A stretch of 64,000 bases of DNA from Haliotis rubra (Eukaryota), in contig NW_025766936.1 in NCBI RefSeq assembly GCF_003918875.1, positions 372,001-436,000 on the forward strand, given 5' to 3'. A program made the translations under genes and the position numbers. Positions 39,218-51,909 of the stretch are shown here, piece by piece (the first letter of the stretch is position 1; the number at the start of each line of letters is the position of its first letter). The notes below the pieces were generated by a model, which saw only the letters and a program-made list of their open reading frames with translations, was not told the DNA's origin and ran no database searches.

Positions 39218-41710
39218 ATCTGTGTAGGTACAGCACCTACGCGATTGTATCATTATTTCATTGACAAGAGACATGCCTTTGTTCATATGCTGGACACTCC
39301 ACCGAATACTAGCCTCCTGCAAAACACGTCAATCGATGTGAGACGGCGGGGGCGTCAAGCAGGGGACCAAGATCGGTATCCTCCCTGAGCATGTCAACAT
39401 GGATACATAACTGGACCATAATCTCTAATCAAGTCATCATGTGTTTTTTATGCTTCCTGACTGTAAAAAGAGAAACAGAATACACAAAAAGTACAAATCG
39501 TTATACAATGATGCATGGACTCTGTAAAACACGAGGTGATGGTTTAAGGAAGCAATTTCATGACATCAGACTGGTAAAGGTCTACAGCCTGCATTCCCGG
39601 CCTCCTCCCACACCCAGCTACCACGCCGTGGTGTAACTGAAATGCAGCCTAAAATGACCCAAACCTTTATTTACACTCACGTAGGCTGTAGGCAGGAACT
39701 GACGAGAAATGGACGTCAAACAGGCACCGCATCACTGTTGTACTTAAATTGGTTCAAGCGATGGGGAACAAGCGCATCTGATATGGTTGTACCTACCCAG
39801 ACAGTTGTTCAACAGTTGTTCAACAGCAGTTTCACTGACCGATGCAGCACATCGTACTATATGTTTGACCATTCCAAGGCAGTGTGGCTGAGGCTGATTT
39901 AACCCACTGACCAATAGGTTGAGAGACATTCCACTACATCTATCTAACCCGGACCCAACTGCTCAGTGTTCCCCAATATATATAAATTACCCTCTGAATC
40001 TATATCTACTCTCAGTAGTCAGGGTCATTCAACATTATATAGCGGTCTACATCACTGGGCAGTTTGTCGTCTTCAAAGTCTGTATCATTGTGTTTTTTCT
40101 ATGGAAACCTTACATTTATTTAAGTGTCCTGTCAACAGCGGTTTGGCGACAAATCCATTTTATGCTCCTGCTAAAGCAATTTCCTCGTGGTGTAGGGCAT
40201 CTGCGGTCCCTTGCTAAGCTGTTCTTCCCTCTAATTTGCAGCGAAGCTAATCTCGCACCTCGCCCCCCTGGGGTTGCTCGTGTTTTTGTTGACTACCACG
40301 TTCAGCTAACGCTGATTTTTTAACCATATGTAACCATGTTTAGCCATGGTCATTTGGGCTTTTCGGATTAAAGGAGGTTATGGTCAATGGAAATCAATTA
40401 TTTATCGTGGCCTCTCCTATTTCAAAGGTAATTACCGTGGTTTTGTTTTAGATTTTCTGATAACGCGAACGGATCGACGGAAATGAACGTAAATCCTACG
40501 GTGCAGTTTGAAACTGTCGGCATTGACACCCCAATCAGCGTTCACAGGTCACCGCCAGCGATTCTCGATACGCTAACAGGGATGTTGAGCCACTTTACCG
40601 GCCATCACACACAGTGAGTTTACACAATATAGGGCTGATAAATCTAGGTTAGTCTAATTTGCCCGACAGCAGTCAGGATACAGCGTCTTGCAGCTTCTGG
40701 GGGAGCAGGCAGGAAGCTGCCATCCTTGTACACCCAACACTTGGTCACAATGTTTCCCGACGTCATCGACAGACTGATACAGGCAGAGTTTACTGCTCTA
40801 CCTATAAATCAGCCATCAACCTGAAAGCTTCATCACTTCCGGACCAATCAGCCAGTTAACAAAAGTTGACAGAGTTGTTTAGTATCATATGAAGGCAATC
40901 CCATGGTGCACATGACGTCAGACATGTATGCTGTGATAGGTTTAACTGTTAAACGCTAACCACTAACCAGGATAACCACCTAACCACTGTATCTTACAGG
41001 ACAGGACAATAGACCCCAGCAAAGAGGACTTACACTTCACAGCACCGATATTGTAGTGGACGTTGCCTAACGTGGGCGTGAGTGTTGTAGCAACAATCAG
41101 CACATCCCCCCTTCAGGTGTCTTCTGGTTGTAATGACAGGCAATGTCTGCTCCTGTGTAGCCGGTAAGCGAGCCCCATTACGGTTATTAACTCCTACATC
41201 TGGACTTGGATACGAAATAGTTTACTTAACCCATCTTCATCTAGAGTACGTACACAGACGCCACAACTTACGTAGGCCCCTAAAGTCATCTTTTTTCAAA
41301 ACATGTCAGCGAAAAAACATACTCCAAATGGAACACAGTGCAATGCTAAATTGAGTCTATCTAGACTTGAGTGGGAGTAATTCTGTAGCGGTGTCACCGC
41401 CGATGTTCCAGGATCCCTATACTGTCTATTTCTGAGGTGGCTTTAACTTTAATTTACACACTTAGGATGAAGAAGACAAACAATAAGCTTGTTTCTGTGA
41501 TGCTTGGGACAGTAACGGAGACCTTAAGAGTGAGTTATGTTGGAGGTGAGGTGACACCACGGAGGCGGTCGAGTTATGTTTGACGCTGTTGTGAACAACC
41601 TAATGTGTTTGACAGCAGAGATTGATGACTCATTTTTGAATCGCAAAGTGCGGTAATAGTTTGCAAGTCATGCAAGAACTAAAACGGAATTCACCATTAC
41701 TATTTAATTG

Positions 41711-41916
41711 CAATATGGAACAAGTTTTTATGGATAACAACTTCTTTATTTCGTGAGTGCGACGTTTCGATACAGATTCTTGTACCGTTGTCAAGCAAGA
41801 GTGACTCTTGCTTGACAACGGTACAAGAATCTGTATTCACGAAATAAAGAAGTTGTTATCCATAAAAACTTGTTCCATATTGTACGTCTCAACTTCTAAA
41901 AATGCCACTCAAACAA
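41711..41916. mobile_element. Palindromic Penelope-type mini-element (inverted pseudo-LTR-like)
   Basis: Inverted repeat 41711-41882 centred at 41803; 12-bp TSD actatttaattg at 41699-41710 and 41917-41928. Confidence 0.85.
41758..41797 (-). ncRNA. Minimal type I hammerhead ribozyme variant (U3-A8 core)
   Basis: Minus strand tgc TTGACAA c ggtaca agaatc tgtatc GAAA cg TC gca: 3-bp stem I, 6-bp stem II, palindromic ACGU stem III, GUC site. Confidence 0.65.
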
Positions 41917-42844
41917 ACTATTTAATTGTCTTTACAAAGCATAATATAACAGACAGATATGATACCTGTCAGGATTGGAATGAATCATTAGTAAAGCATG
42001 TTGCCGGGCATTGACAAAGAAACATATAGGGCCCGTAAGTAGGTCACGGCACTTCGCGAGACCTTAGTACTTCCGGTGACAAACAAACTTTCATACCTTA
42101 TCGAATGGTTTCATGGTTGTCAGTTGACAGTAAGGGGAAGCGATAGTCCTTGCAGGTATTTCCGAACTAACCAAATTACCCAACTATTAGTACTGTCAAC
42201 AACTCTGACAGCCAAGCATGGTTGTACACTTGGTCCGGTCTAGTAAACTCATATTTGGCGGTCGCGCAATTTGGAACCAGACCTGGTTCTTGAATATACG
42301 CCTGTCACCGGAAATCTGATACCGGAAGTAAGCTGCGCCCCGTCTCGCACATCGCAAGTTGGGGCGCATCAGTTGTATTATCATGAGGAAAATGAACAGT
42401 CAATGTTTCAGAAATATTTTTCACGCCATTTGCGATTGGGAAATTTGGGAATAATACAGTCTATCAAGCCCCATTCCACTATCTTAAACCTGAAGTGATA
42501 AACACTAGCTGACATACTCCTAGACTAGTATCTCTGGCAGATCCAGGGTGCAGTACACTCATCGGTATTTACCGTAGGCTGTGTATATATTCCACGGTGG
42601 TCAAATCACGCGGTGTCGTCACCTGCTCGCAACTGGTCAGCTTTTATACATCTTGACCATCAGTGCTTCGGTCAAACTAAATGATATAATTCTCTCGAGA
42701 TAACCCCATTGAAGTTCACAATAACACCTTTATCGTCAGTCTTATCAGTAAATACGATCATCTGTGATAGCTTAAATAGACTACAAATTTGTTGAACTTT
42801 ATTACATCGTTTACCTTAAATATATAACATGACTATTGATATTG

Positions 42845-43304
42845 TGTGACTGCCCACTCGGGTGATGTATCAGTGTGTCGGGTGTGCTGCATTCAACTAT
42901 ATGTGACTGCCCACTCGGGTGATGTATGAGTGTGTCGGGTGTGCTGCATTCAACTATATGTGACTGCCCACTCGGGTGATGTATGAGTGTGTCGGGTGTG
43001 CTGCATTCAACTATATGTGACTGCCCACTCGGGGGATGTATCAGTGTGTCGGGTGTGCTGCATTCAACTATATGTGACTGCCCACTCGGGTAATGTACCT
43101 GTGTATCGGGTGTGCTGCATTCAACTATATGTGACTGCCCACTCGGGTGATGTATCTGTGTTTTCGGGTGTGCTGCATTCAACTATATGTGACTGCCAAT
43201 TCGGGGGATGTATCAGTGTGTCGGGTGTGCTGCATTCAACTATATGTGACTGCCCACTCGGGGGATGTATCTGTGTGTCGGGTGTGCTGCATTCAACTAT
43301 ATGT
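42845..43304. repeat. 57-bp minisatellite, 8 copies
   Basis: Unit atgtgactgcccactcgggtgatgtatcagtgtgtcgggtgtgctgcattcaactat. Confidence 0.96.
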
Positions 43305-43611
43305 AAACTGACGTATACTTCCCATCAAAAGGTTAGACTCAGTTAAAACACTCACTGTATGTTATCTATATAGGTATTACTGACTGGCAAAATAAACTTT
43401 GTGGTCTCACTTAAAAACATCAACAAGAAATCGAACTTTGCAATTTATAATATGTGAAGCAATGACATAGGCACGTGTTAAGTACAAACGTTTGATTTTT
43501 AAAAAGTCTGATAACTTATTCAACAGGTTATGGTCGACATGGGGTCAAACTAGAGAATTCACAATCAGTGGGTCCATTCGGGAAACACAGAAAAGCGTGA
43601 ACAGAAGTCTC

Positions 43612-44260
43612 TAATAGCGAGTTTGTCCACCTCTGGATAGAATTCATGCAAACACACTTCTTCTGACTGAAGTTGTGAGGCGTCTGATGACGTCAGCTGG
43701 GATTCGCCTCCATTCTTCGACAAGGGCTTGAGTCATTTGCTGTACTGTAACTGGTGGATTCTATCTCCGTTGAATAACTCTATCAAGGTGGTCCCATACG
43801 TGCTAGATTGGCGACATGTCATGAGAGCGTGCAGGCCATGGCAGGACGTTGACGTTGTTGGCGTGAAAGAGGTTCTTGGCAACTCGAGTGACCATGTCTG
43901 TCTGCCAGCAGCGTTCCTCGTTACGGTCGGTAGGCCCTGACACCATAGGCCCGTAGTCTCCTTGATATTATCCTTCGACTCACTGGGTGACCGAGTGCTG
44001 TTGACGCTGATGACGTTACCGCCAGGAAGCGTTTTCTAAGGTGTAACGTCCTCAAGTGGCGGTCTTCCTGCGCAGTTGTCACCCGGGGTCTGCCTGTCTG
44101 GGGCCTGTCGGAGGTCTGACCAGTATGTTGGTAACGCCGACGAAGGTTCCTGACGGTCACGACGGAGCAATTGAAGGGTCTTGCAACGTGACCCGTTGTA
44201 GCGCCCGTTTGCAGCATTCCTATGGCCCTCTCTCGCTCTGCTGAAGTTAACATCGGCCTT
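43612..44260 (-). pseudogene. Tc1-like transposase pseudogene, family B (internally deleted; element limits about 43400-44745, uncertain)
   Basis: LTSAERERAIGML, GRPRVTTAQEDR, then a jump to NVNVLPWPARSHDMSPI*HVWD...RGGQTRY*; both catalytic D regions missing. Confidence 0.9.
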
Positions 44261-45080
44261 GTAAAGTGGTTTTCTGCTGAAGTACGATCTGCTCTGTGCT
44301 GTGAGGTGGTTTATTACCATACATGCAGGTGCATTTTACCCTTACTTGCAAAACACGTGCATTTTGCTGTTTTCGAGGCAAAGTTGTCAAGAGGTGCGTT
44401 TGAGCGCTGATGTTGGCCAGAATCGAACCCTTGTTGTTGGCAATAATTATGGGGCAATTTGCATTTGATTATATTTTCTTATGTTAATATTATGAAAAAA
44501 ATCTCAAGTATATATATGGTTACATCGAAGATTGATTTCTCCACTAACTCGGGGGAACCAAATGCAAACCTTATGAAGATGAATTATACGAGGATCATGC
44601 ATCCAATTGCGGAAAAGCATGTGCAAATATCGTACATGTGAAAAGTTTTGTTAAGAATTCGACAATTTTCACTGAATTTTATTTCATTTATTAAACTCAT
44701 GACAATAATCTTTTCAACGTTACGAATTTGTTCATTTCATGTGTAAACAGTACCTTTAAACAGTATGGAATATTTTGCAAAATGTAGTTTAGAATAGTTG
44801 CCTGAAGTAAGTGGCTATATTTACACTAGTGAGTCTAAACTGTTGATGGGTAGTATATTAGATTGTGTACCTTGATATTTGTCGTAACTTATGTATCTTG
44901 TGTAATTATCATTGCTGTACCTGTACTTCTATATATGATTATTTCGTGCTATAAAACCTGACTGTATACATTCCAGAGAGACTAGTTATGTATGATCAGT
45001 TTGTGGGTGACTAATAGACACATGGTGTGCTACTCAGGTCTCGTGTTGTGGGGGTAGGTCAATGTGGTGCACATTATAAG

Positions 45081-45924
45081 TTATCTTACCTCACTCATAA
45101 ATGTCGCTTTCTGATTGGCTGAGCAAGCTTTTATTATTTTCAATGTACCCCGCTTACAAGCCAGTAACATTTCAATGTACCCCGCTGTCAATGGCAACTC
45201 ATTTGGTACTTCGTGGTAGTAATTCTTTTTATCTCGAATAACATTGAATCAGGTATGATGTACGGAAATTACCGATGTTTTGCGAATGCAAATCGATGGA
45301 AGGGAGATAACTCTAAATCTGTTTTTCTTGTCAGCAAAATCTATCGATGGCTACAAAAAGATTTGTACCCGTGCTTCAAACAATTCAAAATTAACATTAA
45401 GGTGTTCTGTGACATAAATACGTTGTTCACTGATCCCTCGGGGCCCATGGGTTGATGTACCCTCGATGTTTGTTTTGTTTATGTTTACATAAACAAACAT
45501 CGAGGGTACATCAACCCACCTTCCCTCACGCCCCCTCGTGACCAGTGAGCAACTCATATTGTTGATTGGTCACGAGGGGGACATGGGTTGATGTACCCTC
45601 TATGTTAACTTTGTTTATTTTCATATATAGACAAACGTAGAGTGTACATCAACCCATGGGCCCCGAGGGGCCAGTGAACAACGTATTTATCGTAGAGAAC
45701 ACCTCAATGTGAATTTTGAACTGTTTGAAACACGGGTATTGGATCATGATAAGGAGTAACGGAGTTAGGCAACAGCCCACACACTATTAACACGAAGTAC
45801 CAAACGAATTCCCATAGTTCGGCATTTCCAGTGGGTAACATAGAAAATGTTACTCGCTAGTAAGCGGAGTACATTGATTGGCTCAGCCAATCAGAAAACA
45901 ACACTTATGTATGAGGTAAGATAA
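45081..45924. mobile_element. Non-autonomous fold-back element (MITE-like) with nested hairpins
   Basis: Termini ttatcttacctca and tgaggtaagataa; long inverted arms; three internal hairpins at 45448-45660. Confidence 0.85.
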
Positions 45925-47257
45925 TGGCACCTATGCCAAGCGAGTTGATTCCCCTATTCTCGATGTTATAGCTGCATTCAAGTGAAGAACGGCTTGTATG
46001 TCACAAAATCCGCATATTAGACCGCCGGCAGTGTACATGCGTTTTATTACATTGACATCGTATATTCACAATACATTGAATACATCAAACTTGTATTTGA
46101 TAAGATCCAGGGTTACCCTGCAGAAAACCTACCCTCCATCAATGTGGTCGTGTCAGTAGATGCAGCATGTTTCAGATCAAGCTGTTTTTGTGAGATATCA
46201 ACAATGGCGTTATCGAGGACGATATCAATCAATATTTCGTATCTGTTTTGATCTATTACGGTTCAGTGTCAAGTAAGATGTATGCCTCTGCCTCTAATGT
46301 CATTGTTCCACGACTGTAAACATCTTGTCAGAACATAATCTGCCACAGAAGGGAATGGTATAGACATACACTCTTATCAATGATATGTAATATGTCATCG
46401 CCAAAGATTAACAATGCCACGGTCATCTCACGAAGCATATCTTATCGAACGCAAAAGGCAACACTGAGTTGACATATCTGAGTGTTGAGATACTGAAACT
46501 CAGTGAACTTTCATGTTATATACAGAATCAGCTTTAAAGTAGCTTCGTCAACATATATGCAGCCTGTTATGGATTGATATTTACCGATCTTTACAGATTC
46601 AACCGGATAATAAGTTTTCGTTTCCTAGCTCCGTCTTGTAGGCACATCGCGCAAGTTCATGGTTATACGACAGTGACAGATTCGTTGTAGACGTGCATGA
46701 CGTACGTTGGATATTTCTCAGATTCAGGGGTTCCACGACCATTGTTTCTCATGTTTCGTAAGGCTCTACGATATACTGTTGGGGGCTCCACGACCAGTGT
46801 TCCTCGTGTGTCGTAAGGCTCTACCATATACAGTTGGGGGCTCCACGACCATTGTTCCTCGTGTGTCGTAAGGCTCTATAATATACAGTCGGGGGTTCCA
46901 CGACCATTGTTCCTCGTGTGTCTTAAGGCTCTACGATATACAGTCGGGGGCTCCACGACCATTGTTCCTCGTGTGTCTTAAGGCTCTATAATATACAGTC
47001 GGGGGTTCCACGACCATTGTTCCTCGTGTGTCTTAAGGCTCTATAATATACAGTCGGGGGTTCCACGACCATTGTTCCTCGTGTGTCTTAAGGCTCTATA
47101 ATATACATTCGGGGGTTCTACAACCATTGTTCCTCGTGTGTCTTAAGGCTGTACAATATACAGTCGGGAGTTCCACGGCCATTGTCCCTCGTGTGTCTTA
47201 AGGCTCTACGATATACAATCGGGGGTTTCACGACCATTGTTCCTCGTGTGCCTTACG

Positions 47258-47785
47258 GTTATTTTGATACAATGAGTGGTGTGAAACAGGGATGTGTACT
47301 CAGCCCTTTGCTGTTCTCATTATTTGTGGTAGAAATTGAAAATAAGTTGTATGAATCCAATGTTAGGGGTATTTTGTTGGTTAAGACTTTATGGATCTAT
47401 TGTTGCTATTTTATGCAGTTGACTTGTGTGTGTTTGATGACAGTGTTGTTGGTTTGCAGAGAAAACTTGATGTACTTAAGCAGTATAGTATTAGTTGTTG
47501 GAAACGGTGGTAAGCTAAGGTGAACAGAAAAATGAATGCTTGGAAGTGACCAGGTTAATATATCAACGTATTATAATTATCTGGGAATTGCATTTTCTAA
47601 TAGATTATGTTGGTCCTTAATGTCCTTGTTCAGAAAGCCAATAAGGCTTTATTTTCAGATAAACACCTACAGTATAAGGTAAAGAATATTTCTCCCACTC
47701 TTTTATTTAAGATTTTTGATGCACAGATAAAACCAATTTTACTTTTTTCCAATGAAGTGTGAGGATTTTCCAAAATTGAATATGT
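47258..47785 (+). mobile_element. Internal LINE RT fragment (L2/CR1 group)
   Basis: GVKQGCVLSPLLFSLF, DDSVVGLQRKLD, YNYLGI, KIFDAQIKPILL; homologous to the LINE at 17892-19830. Confidence 0.88.
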
Positions 47786-47823
47786 ATACAGTCGGGGGCT
47801 ACACGACCAGTATTTATCATGTG

Positions 47824-47993
47824 AGGGAGTGAGTGAGTGCGTTTGGTTTTACGCCGCTTTTAGCAATGATCCAGCAATATCACGGCTGGGATACCAGAAA
47901 TGAGCTTCACTTATTGTGCCCATCTGGGGAATCGAACCCGGGTCTTCAGCGTGACGAGCGAACGCCTTAACCACTAGGCTACCTCACCGCCCC
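47824..47993 (-). mobile_element. tRNA-derived SINE family 1, full length
   Basis: Reverse complement of the 16178 element; 7-bp TSD tcatgtg at 47817-47823 and 47994-48000. Confidence 0.93.
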
Positions 47994-49261
47994 TCATGTG
48001 TCTTACGGCTCTACGATATACAGACGGTGGTTACACAACTATTGTTTCTCATGTGTCTTACGGCTCTACGATATACAGATGGGGGTTACACGACCATTGT
48101 TCCTCTTGTGTCTTAAGGCTCTATAATATACAGTCGGGGGTTACACGACCATTGTTTCTCATGTGTCTTGCAGTTCTATGATTTACAGTCGAGGGTTACA
48201 CGACCATTGTTTCTCATGTGTCTTGCGGTTCTACGATTTACAGTGGAGGGTTACACGACCATTGTTTCTCATGTGTCTTACGTCTCTACGATGTACAGTT
48301 GGGGGTTACACGACCATTGTTCCTCTTGTGTCTTAAGGCTCTATAATATACAATCGGGGGTTACACGACCATTGTTTCTCATGTGTCTTGCAGTTCTATG
48401 ATTTACAGTCGAGGGTTACACGACCATTGTTTCTCATGTGTCTTACGGCTCTACGATTTACAGTGGAGGGTTACACGACCATTGTGTTTGATACAGTCCT
48501 GGGGTACACGACCGTTGTGTCTCATGTGACTTAATGCTCTACCATATGCAGTCTTGATGTACACTTCTGCGGGTCTCACACATAAACACCGGCCGTAAGG
48601 ACTTCAAGTGTAAAGATGTGTCTGAATAATATCACAGACACCTAGATGTCAATAATCTGAATGGTATTTTTATTTGCAGCCGGTTCAATATATCAACGTG
48701 TGTTCATTTTATAAACCTTCAACTCGTCAAATGAAACTTAGTGGTTGTGAAAAAACACGAATGAGGTAGACAGTAAATGTGTTTCCAACTACTGCCAGCC
48801 TCTGTGAGTGCTGATCTCATGGTTAACTGACGTGTAAACACTGTTTTTATATGATCGTCAGAATCAGCTCTAACAAGAAAATGGGATGAATTTCAATACT
48901 TTTGTTGCTTTTGATATAATGAGAAATAGGTTTCTCGAGTACAGCGCATTTATACCGTCATAAACATATCCCTCTTATCTCCTATCGGGTATGTGATATG
49001 ATCTGTCATATCATGATAACAGTTCCAGGCGGATAAGAAATAATGACAAATCACGTACAGACTCCACGTCGATGCCAGGGCTCATCCATCGTCGCTACAT
49101 TCCTTGTACGTCCTCCAGCAGGGACGGTCTCTCCACAGTTACAAAACTGATTCGCGACTTACTCTCCACTGCTTCAGTATCACTAAGGTCTTGAAGATCT
49201 ACCCCGTCCAGGTAATCCCTGCTCTGGGTATTCCTCAGTTCTTCAGCCTCTACCCAGGTGA

Positions 49262-51909
49262 CATCCAGTTCATTCTCTACGTGTGTCCGGAATATCCCTC
49301 TGTACATTCCCCACCCCTGCCAGGAACATCATCCAGTTCATTCTCTACGTGTGTCCGGAATATCCCTCAGTACATTACCCACCCTTACCAGGAACATCAT
49401 CCAGTTCATTCTCTACGGCTGTCCGGGATATCACTCAGTACATTCCCCACCCCTACCAGGAACATCATCCAGTTCATTCTCTACGTGTGTCTGGGATATC
49501 CCTCTGTACATTCCCCACCCCTGCCAGGAACATCATCCAGTTCATTCTCTACATGTCTCCGGGATATCCCTCAGTACATTCCCCACCCCTGCCAGGAACA
49601 TCATCCAGTTCATTCTCTACGTGTGTCCGGGATATCACTCAGTACATTCCCCACCCCTGCCAGGAACATCATCCAGTTCATTCTCTACGTGTGTCCGGGA
49701 TGTCCCCACCCCTGCCAGGAACATCATCCAGTTCATTCTCTACATGTGTCCGGGATAGCACTCAGTACATTCCCCGACCCTGCCAGGAACATCATCCAGT
49801 TCATTCTCTACGGGTGTCCGGGATATCACTCAGTACATTCCCCACCCCTGCCAGGAACATCATCCAGTTCATTCTCTACGTGTGTCCGGGATATCACTCA
49901 GTACATTCCCCGACCCTGCCAGGAACATCATCCAGTTCATTCTCTACGGGTGTCCGGGATATCACTCAGTACATTCCCCGACCCTGCCAGGAACATAATC
50001 CAGTTCATTCTCTACGGGTGTCCGGGATATCACTCAGTACATTCCCCACCCCTGCCAGGAACATCATCCAGTTCATTCTCTACGTGTGTCCGGGATATCA
50101 CTCAGTACATTCCCCGACCCTGCCAGGAACATCATCCAGTTCATTCTCTACGTGTGTCCGGATATCACTCAGTACATTCCCCGACCCTGCCAGGAACATC
50201 ATCCAGTTCATTCTCTACATGTGTCCGGGATATCCCTCAGTACATTCCCCACCCTGCCAGGAACATCATCCAGTTCATTCTCTACGTGTGTCCGGGATAT
50301 CACTCAGTACATTCCCACCCCTGCCAGAAACATCATCCAGTTCATTCTCTACGTGTGTCCGGGATATCACTCAGTACATTCCCCACCCCTGCCAGGAACA
50401 TCATCCAGTTCATTCTCTACGTGTGTCCGGGATATCACTCAGTACATTCCCCACCCCTGCCAGGAACATCATCCAGTTCATTCTCTACGTGTGTCCGGGA
50501 TATCACTCAGTACATTCCCCGACCCTGCCAGGAACATCATCCAGTTCATTCTCTACGTGTGTCCGGGATATCACTCAGTACATTCCCCACCCCTGCCAGG
50601 AACATCATCCAGTTCATTCTCTACGTGTGTCCGGGATATCACTCAGTACATTCCCCACCCCTGCCAGGAACATCATCCAGTTCATTCTCTACGTGTGTCC
50701 GGGATATCCTCAGTACATTCCCACCCCTGCCAGGAACATCATCCAGTTCATTCTCTACGTGTGTCCGGATATCACTCAGTACATTCCCCACCCTGCCAGG
50801 AACATCATCCAGTTCATTCTCTACGTGTGTCCGGAATATCACTCAGTACATTCCCCACCCCTGCCAGGAACATCATCCAGTTCATTCTCTACGTGTGTCC
50901 GGGATATCCCTCAGTACATTCCCCACCCATGCCAGGAACATCATCCAGTTCATTCTCTACGTGTGTCCGGGATATCACTCAGTACATTCCCCACCCCTGC
51001 CAGGAACATCATCCAGTTCATTCTCTACATGTGTCCGGGATATCACTCAGTACATTCCCCACCCCTGCCAGGAACATCATCCAGTTCATTCTCTACGTGT
51101 GTCCGGGATATCACTCAGTACATTCCCCACCCCTGCCAGGAACATCATCCAGTTCATTCTCTACGTGTCCGGGATATCACTCAGTACATTCCCCACCCTG
51201 CCAGGAACATCATCCAGTTCATTCTCTACGTGTGTCCGGGATATCACTCAGTACATTCCCCACCCCCCTGCCAGGAACATCATCCAGTTCATTCTCTACA
51301 TGTGTCCGGGATATCACTCAGTACATTCCCCACCCCTGCCAGGAACATCATCCAGTTCATTCTCTACGTGTGTCCGGGATATCACTCAGTACATTCCCCG
51401 ACCCTGCCAGGAACATCATCCAGTTCATTCTCTACGTGTGTCCGGAATATCACTCAGTACATTCCCCACCCTGCCAGGAACATCATCCAGTTCATTCTCT
51501 ACATGTGTCCGGGATATCCCTCAATACATTCCCCACCCCTGCCAGGAACATCATCCAGTTCATTCTCTACGTGTGTCGGGATATCACTCAGTACATTCCC
51601 CACCCCTGCCAGGAACATCATCCAGTTCATTCTCTACGTGTGTCCGGGATATCCCTCAGTACATTCCCCACCCATGCCAGGAACATCATCCAGTTCATTC
51701 TCTACGTGTGTCCGGGATATCACTCAGTACATTCCCCACCCCTGCCAGGAACATCATCCAGTTCATTCTCTACGTGTGTCCGGGATATCACTCAGTACAT
51801 TCCCCACCCCTGCCAGGAACATCATCCAGTTCATTCTCTACGTGTGTCCGGGATATCCCTCAGTACATTCCCCGACCCTGCCAGGAACATCATCCAGTTC
51901 ATTCCCCAC
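49262..51909. repeat. 68-bp minisatellite, about 39 copies
   Basis: Unit ggaacatcatccagttcattctctacgtgtgtccgggatatcactcagtacattccccacccctgcca; source of the 600-900 aa plus-strand ORFs. Confidence 0.98.

Larger units (their letters stand above)
46724..48560. repeat. 55-bp minisatellite interrupted by a LINE fragment and a SINE
   Basis: Unit cagtcgggggttccacgaccattgttcctcgtgtgtcttaaggctctataatata at 46724-47258, 47785-47823 and 47994-48560. Confidence 0.93.

Noticed and set aside
36635-39322. Long His/Cys/Thr-rich ORFs of up to 602 aa
   Set aside because: The 31-bp unit is not a multiple of 3 and all three minus-strand frames give the same repeating peptide
42811-43182. In-frame repeat ORFs (19-aa unit here, 14-aa unit at 56649-57298)
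   Set aside because: Unit lengths divisible by 3 keep frames open on both strands; no splice or domain support
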